Assembly (NCBI GenBank): GCA_951406725.2
Contig: OX597827.1
Location: 5,332,001-5,396,000 of the forward strand
Length of the DNA stretch: 64,000 nucleotides
From: Octopus vulgaris
Lineage: Eukaryota
Direction of reading: 5' to 3'
Below the pieces are notes generated by a model that ran no database searches, was not told the origin of the DNA, and saw only the letters and a program-made list of their open reading frames with translations. Each line of letters opens with the position of its first letter. The first letter of the stretch is position 1. Shown here one piece after another: positions 24,340 through 37,519 of the stretch. A program made the position numbers and the translations under genes.

Positions 24340-24957
24340 CTGTGTAGACCATTGGTCCTATGGATTCCTCTCCCTGTCCAGTCAGCCATGGTAAATTGCT
24401 TGTGTCCAAACGGCCATGTCCAATCACCACATTCCAATTCTTAACATTGGCATCAGGTCAGTAATTTTAAGGAAGAGAGAGCAATCAATGAAATCCATGC
24501 CAGTACTTGACTGGCGTTTACTTCATTGATTCCTGAAGAATGAAAGTGAAAGTTGACCACCAATTGGAATTTATTTTGGATTATATAGGAATGAAAGTAA
24601 ATATCATGGTTAATCTTGTTCAGTTTTTATATAAATCACTAGAATCTTGGTTTTTTACTTGGAGCAAATGAAGACACATTGGAGAAGTAAGAACAATTTA
24701 GTATGGCTTAGTATGGCAGGGAAGAAGGCAATTTCATTAGTGCTGGTGCGAGAAGAAAATGCACAGCGAATGAGTAGAAATAGTGTGAAATCAAGAGGAA
24801 CCATCAATCTTGCAGATGACTTGACAACATCTCTAGTGTTAATGCTATGATAAAACATCCAGTACACTCTGTAAAGTGGATGGTATTAGGGCCATAGGAA
24901 CTCTGGAATGTATGAATCAAATATAGTCCTTTAACTCATTAAGGAAGGCTATAACTC

Positions 24958-25370
24958 AAGGTGGCGAGGTGGCAGAAACGTTAGCATCCTGGGCGAAATT
25001 CTTAGCAGTATTTTGTCTGCTGTTACGTTCTGAGTTCAAATTATGCCGAGGTCGACTTTGCCTTTCATTTTTTCGGGGTCGATAAATTAAGTACCAGTTA
25101 TGCACTGGGGTCGATATAATCGACTTAATCCCTTTGTGTGTCCTTGTTTGTCCTGTGTTTAGCCCCTTGTGGGTAGTAAAGAAATAGGTATTTTGTCTGC
25201 TGTTACGTTCTGAGTTCAAATTCTGCCAAGGTCGACTTTGCCTTTCATCCTTTCGGGGGTCGATAAATTAAGTACCAGTTATGCACTGGAGTCGAGGTAA
25301 TCTACTTAATCCCTTTGTTTGTCCTTGTTTGTCCCCTCTATGTTTAGCCCCTTGTGGGCAATAAAAAAAT
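24958..25370 (+). mobile_element. SINE family A dimer
   Basis: Second unit starts at internal GGTATTT (about 25187); 17-bp TSD AAGGAAGGC(T/A)ATAACTC flanks the whole dimer. Confidence 0.9.
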
Positions 25371-25759
25371 AAGGAAGGCAATAACTCTGAAAAAAAAACT
25401 GATTCATGACAACCAGCATGGAAAATGAACATAAATTGATGATGATGATGATGATAATGTTGATGATGATGATGATTATTATAAATTTACTGTTTGACAA
25501 ACACTTAAATAATTGTCTTACTAGTCAATAAGTTGGCTGTTTCTCTTCATGCCTCATCACTAGAGATGCACCAATGCTATTGCTTTTGCCAAAGTCATTT
25601 AAATTTGTCTCAGTTTCTTGGTCTATTTACCTATATTGGTTTCAGGTATAAGGTTCATCTCTGTAGATTAACTTTTACCAATATCAGCAACCAAAAACAA
25701 TTATGTAACTAACTAATTTGAGGTTCATGAACTTGTAACACTGGGGTAACAAAAATACC

Positions 25760-25990
25760 TATTTCTTTACTACCCACAAGGGGCTAAACACAGAGAGGAC
25801 AAACAAGGACAGACATAGGTATTAAGTCGATTACATCAACCCCAGTGCGTAACTGGTACTTAATTTATCGACCCCGAAAGGATGAAAGGCAAAGTCGACC
25901 TCGGCGGAATTTGAACTCAGAATGTAGTGGCAGATGAAATACCACTAAGCATTTCACCTGGGATGCTAAAGTTTCTGCCAGCTCGCCACC
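25760..25990 (-). mobile_element. SINE family A
   Basis: Full length; approximate TSD TAACA(AA/GG)AATACC. Confidence 0.9.
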
Positions 25991-26720
25991 TTAACAGGAA
26001 TACCTGTAATATAACAGAAATACCTGTAATATCAAAGCCCTGAACTAAATGCATGGTAGCACTTAGCTACAGCTTTCTCACATCCAAGTTCAGACCCCAT
26101 TAGAGTTAAATTTATTTATCGTAACATCCTGGATTGATGCTGTTAGTGATGTACTGTCGTCAATACAGCTCCCTATACCTAACCCCAATAAAAATTGGTT
26201 TTCGTGTTTATTCAAAATCGCTATTCTTTTAATCTTTTTATTGATTTCAGTCACTGGACTGCAATCACACTGGGACTCTGCCTCGAAGGGTTTTAGTTGA
26301 TCGTATCAAACCTCAAATGCTTATCTCAGTCTAGTATTTATTTTATTGATTTCTAGCAAATGACTACAGCTACTTTTAATATAAAGGATGTAACTTGGGA
26401 TGTGTCTATATATATATATATTATATATATGTTTGTATGTATGTATATATATATATATATTATATATATGTTTGTATGTATGTATATATATATATATATA
26501 TATATGTATGTTTTTGTATGTATGTATGTTCGTGTGTGTGTATGTGTGTATGTATGTATGTGTGCATATATATGTATGTATGTGTATATATCATCATCAT
26601 CATCATCATCATTTAGCGTCCGTATATATATATATATATATACACATATATATATGTATGTATGTGTGTGTATATATATATATATACATATACACATATA
26701 TACATGTATGTATGTACGTG

Positions 26721-26772
<52 letters not shown>

Positions 26773-26832
26773 ATATATATACACACGCATATCTACACAC
26801 AAACACACACACACACAAATATTTGTATTCTC

Positions 26833-27222
26833 TTATACTTTTCATCTTTTACTTGTTTGAGTCATTAGACTGTGACCATGCTGGGGCACCACCTGGAAGA
26901 TGCTTTAATCGAACAAATTACTACCAGAACTTATTTTTTTAAAGCCTGGTACTTATTCTATTTGTTCTTTAGCTGAACTGCCAAGTAAAAGGAATGTAAA
27001 CAAAGCAACACTGGATGTCAGTAAGGGGGGACAAAAACAGACACACATACACACACATATATGACTAGCTTCTTTTAGTTTCTACCAACCAGATTCATTT
27101 ACAAGGCTTCAGATAATCTAGGGCTGCAGTAGAAGACACTTGCCCAAAATGCTATGCAATGAGACTGAACTTAGAATCATGTGCTTGGGGAAGCAAGCTT
27201 CTTACCACACAGCCATGACTGC
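26833..27222 (-). mobile_element. SINE family B, diverged
   Basis: Homology to family B. Confidence 0.75.
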
Positions 27223-27239
27223 ATCAATATGTATATAAC

Positions 27240-27548
27240 CACTGGGCAGTGGCCCAGTGGTTAGGACAGCGGACTCGCAGTTGGAGGATCGTGGTTTCGA
27301 TTCCCAGACTGGGCGTTGTGTGTATTTATTGAGCGAAAACACCTAAAGTTCCACAAGACCATGGCAGGGGGTGGTAGCAACCCCTGTTGTACTCTTTCGC
27401 CACAACTTTCTCTCAGTCTCTCTTCCTATTTCTTGTGTAACACTGTGATGGGCTGGCGTCCCGTCCAGCTGGGGGGGGAGCACATATGCCACAGAAACCG
27501 GGAAACCAGGCCCATGAGCCTGGCTAGGCTTGAAAAGGGTGACGTTTA
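27240..27548 (+). mobile_element. SINE family D head with V-domain-like tail
   Basis: TGGCCCAGTGG A box, GGTTTCGATTCC B box, CTGTGATGGGCTGGCGTCCCGTCCAG segment. Confidence 0.8.
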
Positions 27549-27563
27549 TCGTATATATATATA

Positions 27564-27637
<74 letters not shown>

Positions 27638-27641
27638 ATTT

Positions 27642-27990
27642 AAAGGTAAAGGGTAAAGACCCCTTTCGGTCATGATTGACCATGGGATTGCACCTATAAA
27701 GTTACTCTCCAAGGCACAAGTCCGGGCAAGGTTGTTTATGGAAGATCAGCTGTTAGCCATGCATACCAGCCTTCCCTCTCCATGTGACCGATGTTATCCA
27801 AGGGAAAGGCAAAGGCTAATACAGCTTGGCACCAACGACATTGCAATTCATTTCTGCAGCTGAGTGAACTGGAACAACATGAAATAAAGTGTCTGGCTCA
27901 AGACCACAACACACAGCCCAGTGTGGGAATTGAACTCACTTACTCATGACTGTGAGCCCAACACTCTAACCACTTAGCCAACTGCTTTCA
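27642..27990 (-). mobile_element. tRNA-derived SINE family E with ACCTTT-type tail
   Basis: Head TGGCTAAGTGG...GAGTTCAATTCC; GTTCCAGTTCACTCAGCTG body; tail TTTACCCTTTACCTTT; partial relative at about 355-480. Confidence 0.75.
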
Positions 27991-28263
27991 ATATATATAC
28001 ATATACATACACATTGATAGATAGATAAATTGATAGATAGGTATTAATGCTTGCTTTTATGTCAAGTTATATATAGAAACAATTTAACATTAAACTGAAG
28101 AATTACTCAGTACAGTTTTGCAGAGTACATGTTTATCGAACTTATACAAGAAGAGAGGAAACTTCGAAATTTCCGCCTTCTAGCCTTTGATGGACTCTAC
28201 CTTTTATGAAGACAGACTTGCTGGTCGAGGCTTTGAAGTCACTTTCACTCTTCTTGTAAAAGT

Positions 28264-28432
<169 letters not shown>

Positions 28433-28445
28433 ATGTATATATATG

Positions 28446-28484
<39 letters not shown>

Positions 28485-28486
<2 letters not shown>

Positions 28487-28892
28487 TCTTTTACTTGATT
28501 CAGTCATTTGGCTGTGGCCATGCTGGAGCACTGCTTTTAGTTGAGCATGTCAAGTCCAGGACTTAGTCTTTGCCGAACTGCTATGTTACAGGGATGTAAA
28601 CACACCAGCATTGGTTGGTTGGTTGTCAAGTGATGTCAACAACCACATACACACACACAAACACACATGCACACAAACACACACACACACACACAAACAC
28701 ACACTCACACACACATGTATATATATATATATATATATGCCCCAGGCTTCTTTCAGCTTCTGTTTACCAAATCCACAAGGCTTTGGTTGGCCTGAGGCTA
28801 TAGAAGAAAACACTTGCCCAAGGTGCCACATAGTGGGGCTGAACCTGGAGTCATGGGGTCAGTGAGCAAGTTACTTACCACACACCCATTCC
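28485..28892 (-). mobile_element. SINE family B
   Basis: Homology to family B. Confidence 0.8.
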
Positions 28893-28909
28893 ATATATAT
28901 GTATATATA

Positions 28910-29070
28910 TCATCATCATCATCATCGTCGTCGTTTAACGTCCGCTTTCCATGTTAGCATGGGTTGGACGGTTTGACTGAGGGCTGGCGAACCAGATGGC
29001 TGCACCAAGCTCCAATCTTGATCTGGCAGAATTTCTACTGCTGGATGCCCTTCCTAACGAGGATGCCCTT

Positions 29071-29072
<2 letters not shown>
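28910..29072 (-). mobile_element. Family C retroposon 3' fragment
   Basis: CAT tract and GGATGCCCTTCCTA motif (duplicated). Confidence 0.85.
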
Positions 29073-29108
<36 letters not shown>

Positions 29109-30635
29109 AATGCAAATAATTAGAAAATGGAGAAAACCACAGATTAACCAGATTAACCCACACATCGATTGGACCACATTTATCTCTTATTTTTTAATAC
29201 AAAGCATGACATAACAAAACAGGTGATGTAACATATCTTAGGACTGTTACTGATCAGATTGCCAAATGCAGTCTCTATAAATAAATGCAAGAATAAAATT
29301 CTTCATCTTCATAGGGCATTCGAATTAAGGCAACAGATCTTCATCAGAGTGAAAAACAAGAGCATACAGTAGAAACAAAAGGAAGAAGGAAAGGGAAAGA
29401 AATCAAGGCTTAAACAAGTAGTCTAGAAGCCCAATATGTTAAGAGCAAATAGACTACATTAAAAGTCAGTTTGGATCTTGCTTGCTTGCAATGTTACCCA
29501 GTGATACTGGTGCATAATGGGAAAATACTATGAATTAAGTTTACCTTGAAATGTTAATACGAATGGTATGAAACAAGTTTCACGTAAATTGGCAGGGTGG
29601 TTTTTGAGATATTAGAGATTTTGGAGGTACAAATATCCAAAACGGTGCATAATAGGAAGATGTTCCGAAAATAATCTTCATCCTGGAATGGAAGAAACTC
29701 TTATCTTTCTATTAGACTGAATTGACAATAAAAAAATAGGATTTTTTTTACAGTGAATGTTTCTGTATTTGCTTTTTAAACACAATATTTTAATCATTTC
29801 AAAATATTCTTAAGTGAATGTGATTTCAAAAATGTAAGTTGTTTATACAGTAAGTATTTATATTTCAGCTTTCATTAAACAGACAATATTTTAATGTTTT
29901 TTTAAGTTATTTTCAAGTAAATACCATTACAAAGATTTTTTTTGGCATATTTAGAAAATATTCTAAAGTGAAATTGACTTTAAAAATATGATAAATATTT
30001 TGTAAAAGACCTGTTCATAACCTCGGTAAGAAATAGGGTTTTCCATAGGGCTTTTTTGAGTGCGTTCAACGTATTTGGCTGCTATTTCTAACACGCCCTG
30101 CGACCATGTAACAGCTATTTGTGATAGAGGACACAAAATACCTGTTACGTGGTAGCAGGGCATGCAAGAAATAGCAGCCTAATCTTTCTTTTTCTGGGGA
30201 AAGGAACCATTTACTTGTGATTTCGATGTCACATTTATTGAACCCTTGCAAAATAACCTGGAAAAGAAAAAACCCACAAAACAAAACTCCATTGCAGGAA
30301 AACTCAGAGTTTCCCAGTGATCCAACAAGTCATGAGTAGTCCTGGCTCTGTGAATGAAGTTATATTTATAATGTTTTATTTATTAACTAGCTGGCCCTGT
30401 GCTGTCAAAAATGACAGATAATTTTAGTATTTTATATATAAATATGGATGGTAAATCAAATTAATACACTTGTCAATATTCACATACATTCACATACTTC
30501 CTTTGCACAAGCACAAACATACACACACAGAGTTGAAACGTTGTTTGACTTTCTTTTTCAGCGTTTACCAGTTTACCATTACCCCTTCCTTTGTTATTCA
30601 TCTATCACACCTTCCTTTCTCATTCATATGCCCAC

Positions 30636-30949
30636 GGGCATATGGCATAGTGGTTAAGAGCGCGGGCTACTAACCCCAAGATTCCGAGTTCGATTCCAAG
30701 TTGTGACCTGAACAATAATAATAATAACTATAATAATAATAATAATAATAATAACAATAATAATAATAACAATAACATCGAAGAATACCTTAGGAATGAG
30801 AACCCAGGTTCGAAATTTCCCCAAGACACCTGATGATGGCTGGAGGGTATATCAGCCGAAATGTTGTGCTAACAACAAACAAGATGAGGACAAATATCCA
30901 TCGAATGTAAATAATGTACATAATTCCTCATCTCTTAAATATAGAACTG
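30636..30949 (+). mobile_element. tRNA-headed element carrying a hammerhead motif
   Basis: A box TGGCATAGTGG 30643-30653, B box GAGTTCGATTC 30686-30696, (AAT)n spacer, hammerhead at 30825-30870. Confidence 0.75.
30825..30870 (+). ncRNA. Minimal type I hammerhead ribozyme motif
   Basis: GACAC-CTGATGA-T-GGCTG gagggtatat CAGCC-GAAA-T-GTT-GTGCT. Confidence 0.7.
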
Positions 30950-31001
30950 TATGAGTAATGACGATGATGATGATGATTATGATTGTGGTGGTGATGTAGT
31001 T

Positions 31002-31049
<48 letters not shown>

Positions 31050-31386
31050 TCCAATACAAGTTGAGACGAGTCAAAATACAAATAGGTAAATAAAGATAAA
31101 AAAAGAAAGAAAGAAAGAAGTATAGGAACTGTGCACCATTTCATAGGATTGACAGTGCACTGAGTTGATGCTACTTCTTGAATAGAATAATAGAGTATGA
31201 GAGTAGGTAGCTATATACCTGGGTGTGTCTTTTGTGATGGTTAACATCATAATATTTAAGTGGAAAGTGATCATGAAAAAAAATTCTTCTTCATTTTCTC
31301 AAAGGTATACAACCATACCAATAAGTACATGCACATGAACACACACACACACACGCACACACATACACACACACACGCACACACAT

Positions 31387-31777
<391 letters not shown>

Positions 31778-32053
31778 AAAAAAAAAAAAAAGAGAAAAGA
31801 GAAAATATATATATATACGTTTTATTTATTATTTTGCACATTACTTAATTATTGTTATATGTTTTATCTTATATTTAATCTTTCTATCTGATGTAATTTT
31901 TCTAAATGGCATTATTTCATTTTTCATTATTGAATTGATAAAAAGTGGGTTTTTTCTAATTTATATATATATATATATATTATATTTTGTGAAATTTGAT
32001 TTAGTATTTCTAAATTGAATTTTTCCCTGTAAGTTTGGAATAATATTCCTTCA

Positions 32054-32084
<31 letters not shown>

Positions 32085-32096
32085 TACATACACATA

Positions 32097-34320
32097 CAGT
32101 AGAACCTTGCAGTATGAGTGCAGTGCACCATAGTATGAATAATTTGCTGTACGAGCAGAGGCTTGGGCAAATTTTCATCTTGAAGAAAGAGTGGAAATCT
32201 GCAGTATGAACGAGTTTCATACAAGTGACTGCCAGTCAGCACTGAGCTCACATACACTCTCCCAACAAGTGCAGCCTCTGCCCGCTCAGTTGATGTCTTT
32301 ATCTCGATGTGGCAGCATCCCTGTTGCGTATTTCCCACTGTTTTTGTTTAGTTGTGTGCTTTTTTTTACAATTATTTAATGATAATTAGTTGTGTTAGCC
32401 ATGGATCCCAAGAATGTTAGTGCAAAGGACCGTGCAGAAAAGACGAAAAAGCTGATTATGATAGAACTGAAGAAGGAAATCATTTATAAACACGAGAGAG
32501 GAGTGTGTGTAGTGAATATAGCACGTCAATACAACCGAAGCACACCAACAATCTGAAGAAAAAGGACAAGATCAAGGCCATTACAACAGCAAAGGGCCAT
32601 AACTACACACATCTGTCCATGAAGAGATGGAAAAATTGTTTCTCCTGTGGATCAATGTGAAGCAACTTCCAGGGGATACGATTACGGAGACCATCATCTG
32701 CAAAAAAGCATGAGATCTGTATGGGGATCTCCTGAAGCAGAATACTGGAACATCGACGGAGCTGACATCAGCAGATGCATTTATGGCCAGTTGTGGCTGG
32801 ATCGATTATTTCAAGAAGAGTACTGGTGTTCATAGCGTCGTCAGGTATAGAGAAGCAGCGAGTTCTGATATAAAGGTAGCTGAGGATTTCTTACGTGAGT
32901 TCTATCAGCTCATCACAGCCGAGGGGTACATAGCATAACAGGTATTTAACTGTGATGAAACTGACCTCTTAAGAAAACAATGCCCAGAAGAGAAAATGTC
33001 AGACCACAAGTTTATGAAAGTTAAGCTAACTCTCGCCGTTTGTACCAATGCACATGGAGACTTGAAGATTAAACTGCTCCTTGTCTACCATTCCAAAAAA
33101 AGCCATGGGTGTTCTAGTCACACAAAATCTAAAAGGAGAAGCTGCAGGGCATGTGGAAGGCAAGTGTTAAAGCCTCGGTCACCAGGTAATTCTTCATTGA
33201 GTAGGTTTAACTTATCTTCAGACCAGCAGTGAAAAAGTACCTTCTGGAGAACAATCTTCCTCTGAAGGCTCTCCTCATCCTTAACAGTGCTCCTGTTCAC
33301 CCTCCTAACTATGAAGATGATATCCTGGACGAATTTAAATTCATAAAAGTTCTGTACCTTCCATGCAATACCACCCCTTTCTTGCAATCCATGAACTAAT
33401 GGGTGATTTCTAATTTTAAGAAGTTGTACACCAAACACTTGTTTCGTTGGTGCTTTGAAACAGGTGTTGACAAAGTGGCAGTATGTTTCTGAATTTGTAG
33501 AAAAAAAAATCATCCTGAAAAAGTGTCTACAGGTCATGCAGCTGCTTTATTTAACGACACTGCTCTGGGGGCATTTTAATAACATTTTGAAAGGCAGGAA
33601 AAAGCAGCCTTCTCTTGATGTGTTTCTAATGAAATGAACTGCAAGTGTGAAAAGTGAAGAAAGTGGGTCCAAAATGCCTAAATTAAGTGAAGTGTGAGAG
33701 AAAACGCCAGAAATTGTTCTCTGTGAAATCATAATGGAAGGAAATTCTCCTTTCAAACAATAATCCAATATCTTCCCCCTGCTCCATCGTATTCCTCACA
33801 CTTAGTTTGTCCCATCGTTAAAGTAATTAAATTAATAAAACCACTTTTCACACAGGGTTGGCCAAAAGTCACTTGAGAGTAAATCAAAACCATTTAATTC
33901 TAAGATTTATTTATGTTTAACAACTGAAAGAATTTAATAAAAGTATCTAAATATGAAAATTTAGGAAAATTGTTCAAACTGAAGTCCTTTTTGAGTGACA
34001 CCATTTTTTCCAAATGAATAAATAAAATTGAATATTAAGTATTTATGGAATTTCGATTTACTGTCAGGTGACTTTTGGCCAATCCTCTATTTCTGTTGCA
34101 TTCTCTTTTATTATGTTTTTACAATTAGCATTTTCCTAGTAACTGCATCTTTTCTGTTTTAAAGCCCACAAAAAATAGCTTTTGGGTGGTTTTGTGAGGC
34201 TAGAATGGATTAATCATATTTTAGATAATTTCCATGGGGAAAATTGATTTGTAAAATGAGTAAATCACAAAATGAGCTCGGATATGGAAAGAATTAAACT
34301 CATACTGTGAGGTATCGCTC
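32097..34320 (+). mobile_element. Decayed pogo/Tigger DNA transposon
   Basis: TIR CAGTAGAACCTTGCAGTATGAGT / ACTCATACTGTGAGGTATCGCTC; ORF from 32401 MDPKNVS...IELKKEIIYKHERG (CENP-B-type HTH), QVFNCDET, LLILNSAPVHP; many stops and frameshifts. Confidence 0.9.
33853..34087. mobile_element. Tc1/mariner-type MITE nested in the Tigger
   Basis: 33-bp TIR CAGGGTTGGCCAAAAGTCACTTGAGAGTAAATC and its near-complement; CA/TA flanks. Confidence 0.85.
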
Positions 34321-34662
34321 AGTGTGTGAGTATATATATATATATATATACATACACACACACACACACAACACACACACATATATATATATATATATAC
34401 ACACATACATACACATACATATATATGTATATACACATATGTATGCGGTATGATCAATAAGTATCCGGACTTCATTAATCTTTCAGCTATCTAATGCTTA
34501 TTTGGGGCCTACAATAACCTATATTATTGTTTCTGTTATTATCATTTTTAAATTGTTACACTAGATAATAATAGAGTCAATGATACCTTCACAAATATTT
34601 TCTCGTAAATTATTTTTTTCTCATGAATTATTTGCTCTGTATTGAAATTATCTATATACATA

Positions 34663-35055
34663 TCTTTATATATAAAAGTGAAGTTGTGTGTCTGTCTCCT
34701 ACGATTTAGATTCCTAACTACTCCCACATTTTGCGGTGCAGTTTAACCAAAACCGGGTATCTTATAGTCGTGATTCATATTGAGCCCTTCTGGGTATTAG
34801 CGCGTGTCTACGATGAGTCTACGATTAAAAAAAAAATTTACCATCATTTTTTTCCATTTTAATGCATTTTTTCACTATTATATAAGGGAAGTAACTCTCT
34901 AAAAATGTCTACGACGAGTCAACGATTTAAAAAAAAATTCATCATTTTTTCCATTTTTAATGCATTTTTTTGCTATTTTTTGGCTATAACTCTCTAAAAA
35001 TGCTTATATAGTTATTTCCCTTACAAACCCGAGCAACACCGGGCGATACTGCTAG
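34663..35055 (+). mobile_element. Non-autonomous Helitron with internal duplication
   Basis: A|TC start; CCCGAGCAACACCGGG hairpin; CTAG|T end; two GTCTACGA.GAGTC.ACGATT units. Confidence 0.85.
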
Positions 35056-35102
35056 TCTATTATATAATATATATATATATAAACACATGCATATATATAT
35101 AT

Positions 35103-35139
<37 letters not shown>

Positions 35140-35221
35140 GACATTTACAGAAAAACAAAAGATGAAGACAGGTGTATGAACAACAAACAGGTGTATTAGT
35201 TTGATGCTCAGGAAAGTAGGT

Positions 35222-35257
35222 CTTTTACATTTCGAGCCTATGCTCTTCAACAGAAAG
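35222..35257 (-). ncRNA. Minimal hammerhead-like motif with variant core in a Penelope-like fragment (about 35138-35330)
   Basis: CTTT-CTGTTGA-A-GAGC atag GCTC-GAAA-T-GTA-AAAG. Confidence 0.55.
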
Positions 35258-35511
35258 GAACATGAGGAAATAAAAAGAGAGAGAGAGAATAAAAGAACTT
35301 GTGGATTTAGTGATCAATCAATATATGATGTTTTGTTTTTTTATCTTTTACGTGTCACAGTTGTATCTTTGGCTATACTGCTGAGTTATGGGAATGTAAA
35401 CAAACCATCTCCAGTTGTCAAGTGATGGTGCGGCAAATGACAAACATAAAACACATGTACATAGATACACACACACTTGCTTATATTGCTCATATATGTG
35501 ACATATACATA

Positions 35512-36689
35512 CAAGGGTTGGACAAAATAATGGAAACACCTTAAAATTTCAAACAAAATTTACAGCTTGAATTCTATGAGGTATGGACTCATACAAAGTT
35601 TGAATTGTTTCCAAAGGAATTTTTTTCCATTCTTCAGCTAAAACAGTCTCCAGTTCTTGTAGTGATGATGGTGGAGGTTATAAACTCATTATTTGTTTTT
35701 CTAAAATGTACCATAAATCTAGGGACTGTGGTGGCTCAACTTCACTAGAATGTTCCTCGTGCCATTCAGTAATAACTTTAGCTGTGTGAATTGGTGCATT
35801 ATCATCCTGAAAATTGCGTTTCCCTCTGGAAACAGTTCCGCAACCATAGGATGAATTTGATCAGATAAAATGCTTAAATAGTCTTGACTATTAATTCTGC
35901 CATGAAGGGAAAATCATTGAACTGGTGGATTTCCAAGATATAGTACCCAGAACATCACAGATCCTCTTCCATGTTTAATGGTTGAGAGAAGGCAGTCTGG
36001 ATAAAATGCTTCTTTTGGCTGTCTCTACATGTATACTCAGCCAGTGGTTGGAAGTAAGGTAAAGGATGACTCGTATGAGAAAATAGCATTCTTCCACTGC
36101 TCTAGGGACCAATTCCATAGGTTTTTACTCCACTCTAAATGCTTTGCAATGTTTGTTTATGAAAGCAGTGGTTTTCTGATTGCAGCCCTCCGATGAAATC
36201 TGGCTTTGTGTAGCACAAAGCGAACAGTATTTGTGGAAACTGGGTTCTTGAGGTGGTCATTAAGCTCTGTAGTAATTTTGGGAGCTGTTCTTTTGTGATC
36301 CTTTCTAACAATTCATGTAAGAGACTGATGGTCCCTATCTGAAAGTTTTGGTTTTCTTCAGGATTTTTTTTTTGACGAGGAAGTTTCTCCCTCTTTCTCA
36401 AAGACTGTCATTACTTTTGAGATATGTTTCTTGATACACCAAACATTTCAACTGTTTTCATTATGCTTGTGCCTGTCATATGAGCACCAACAATTTGACC
36501 TCTTTGAAAGTCCGATAGATCTGTCATTTTAATTACCTAATTCTGATGATAACAGCAATTTTAGCAAAACAGATTAAGCAACACTAATAATAAGTCAAAA
36601 AACATACACAAGCTTTTATTGGTTTTATAGATATTTCAAAATTATGATATTATGATGCTAGGTGTTTCCATTATTTTGTCCAACCTTTG
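35512..36689 (-). mobile_element. Decayed Tc1 transposon inserted in a family B SINE (SINE halves about 35350-35490 and 36700-36870)
   Basis: 30-bp TIR CAAGGGTTGGACAAAATAATGGAAACACCT; TA TSD; ORF start 36527 MTDLSDFQRGQIVGAHM; IFSYESSF and QDDNAPIHTAK motifs. Confidence 0.92.
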
Positions 36690-36903
36690 TATATACACAC
36701 ACACACAACTGGCTTCCACACCACTTCTTTCTACCAAATTCAGTCAAAAGGCATTGGTTGACCCAGGGAGAGTATAGACGAAAATTGTCTAATGTAATGT
36801 ACCATGCAGTGGGACTGAACCTGAAACTAGGTGGTTGCAAAGCAAGGTTCTTAACCACACATCCATTCTTGCATCTATACATGCAGTATATACAGTGATA
36901 TAC

Positions 36904-37010
<107 letters not shown>

Positions 37011-37058
37011 GTGTATATATGATTGCACTCATGCTTATACCAGAAAAGACAGGGACTG

Positions 37059-37095
<37 letters not shown>

Positions 37096-37286
37096 AAGAA
37101 GAAGAAATGTGAAACAGTGGGGAATGAGGGACAGAAACTGAGAAAGGGAATTCAGAGTGACTCAGTAATCGTGCGACAGAAGAGTTGCAAAGAAAGTCCT
37201 TTTTCTGAAGGCAAAGGCAAGGCTGGAGTAAATGAAAGGAAGGACACAGCAGTTCCAGTCACGGAATCGTACTTAAAGGGGCAAGG

Positions 37287-37293
37287 TATAAAA
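37287..37293 (+). promoter_or_regulatory. Possible TATA box with upstream AP-1 motif (37158-37164)
   Basis: TATAAAA and TGACTCA in a unique island between microsatellites; motif match only. Confidence 0.25.
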
Positions 37294-37519
37294 CACTCGG
37301 CTCTGTGCTGACATAAATGAACGCTGCAGCAGCAATGTCTGTAGCAGCAGCAGCAGTGGTGACAGCAGCAGCAGCACCAGCAGCAGCAGCACTGCGGTGT
37401 GCATCACATTGTGGCTTTCAACACACACAGCCCAGTAGGTGGAGAATGTTTGATCAAAGTTAGTAGAACAATTCCTAGAATAAAGAACTTTTAAAAGATA
37501 CTTTGATATGTGAAACTGT

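Noticed and set aside
30636-30705. Functional tRNA gene (likewise other SINE heads, for example 56925-56997)
   Set aside because: A and B boxes are present, but the acceptor stem does not pair, there is no T-run terminator, and the sequence continues into a repeat body
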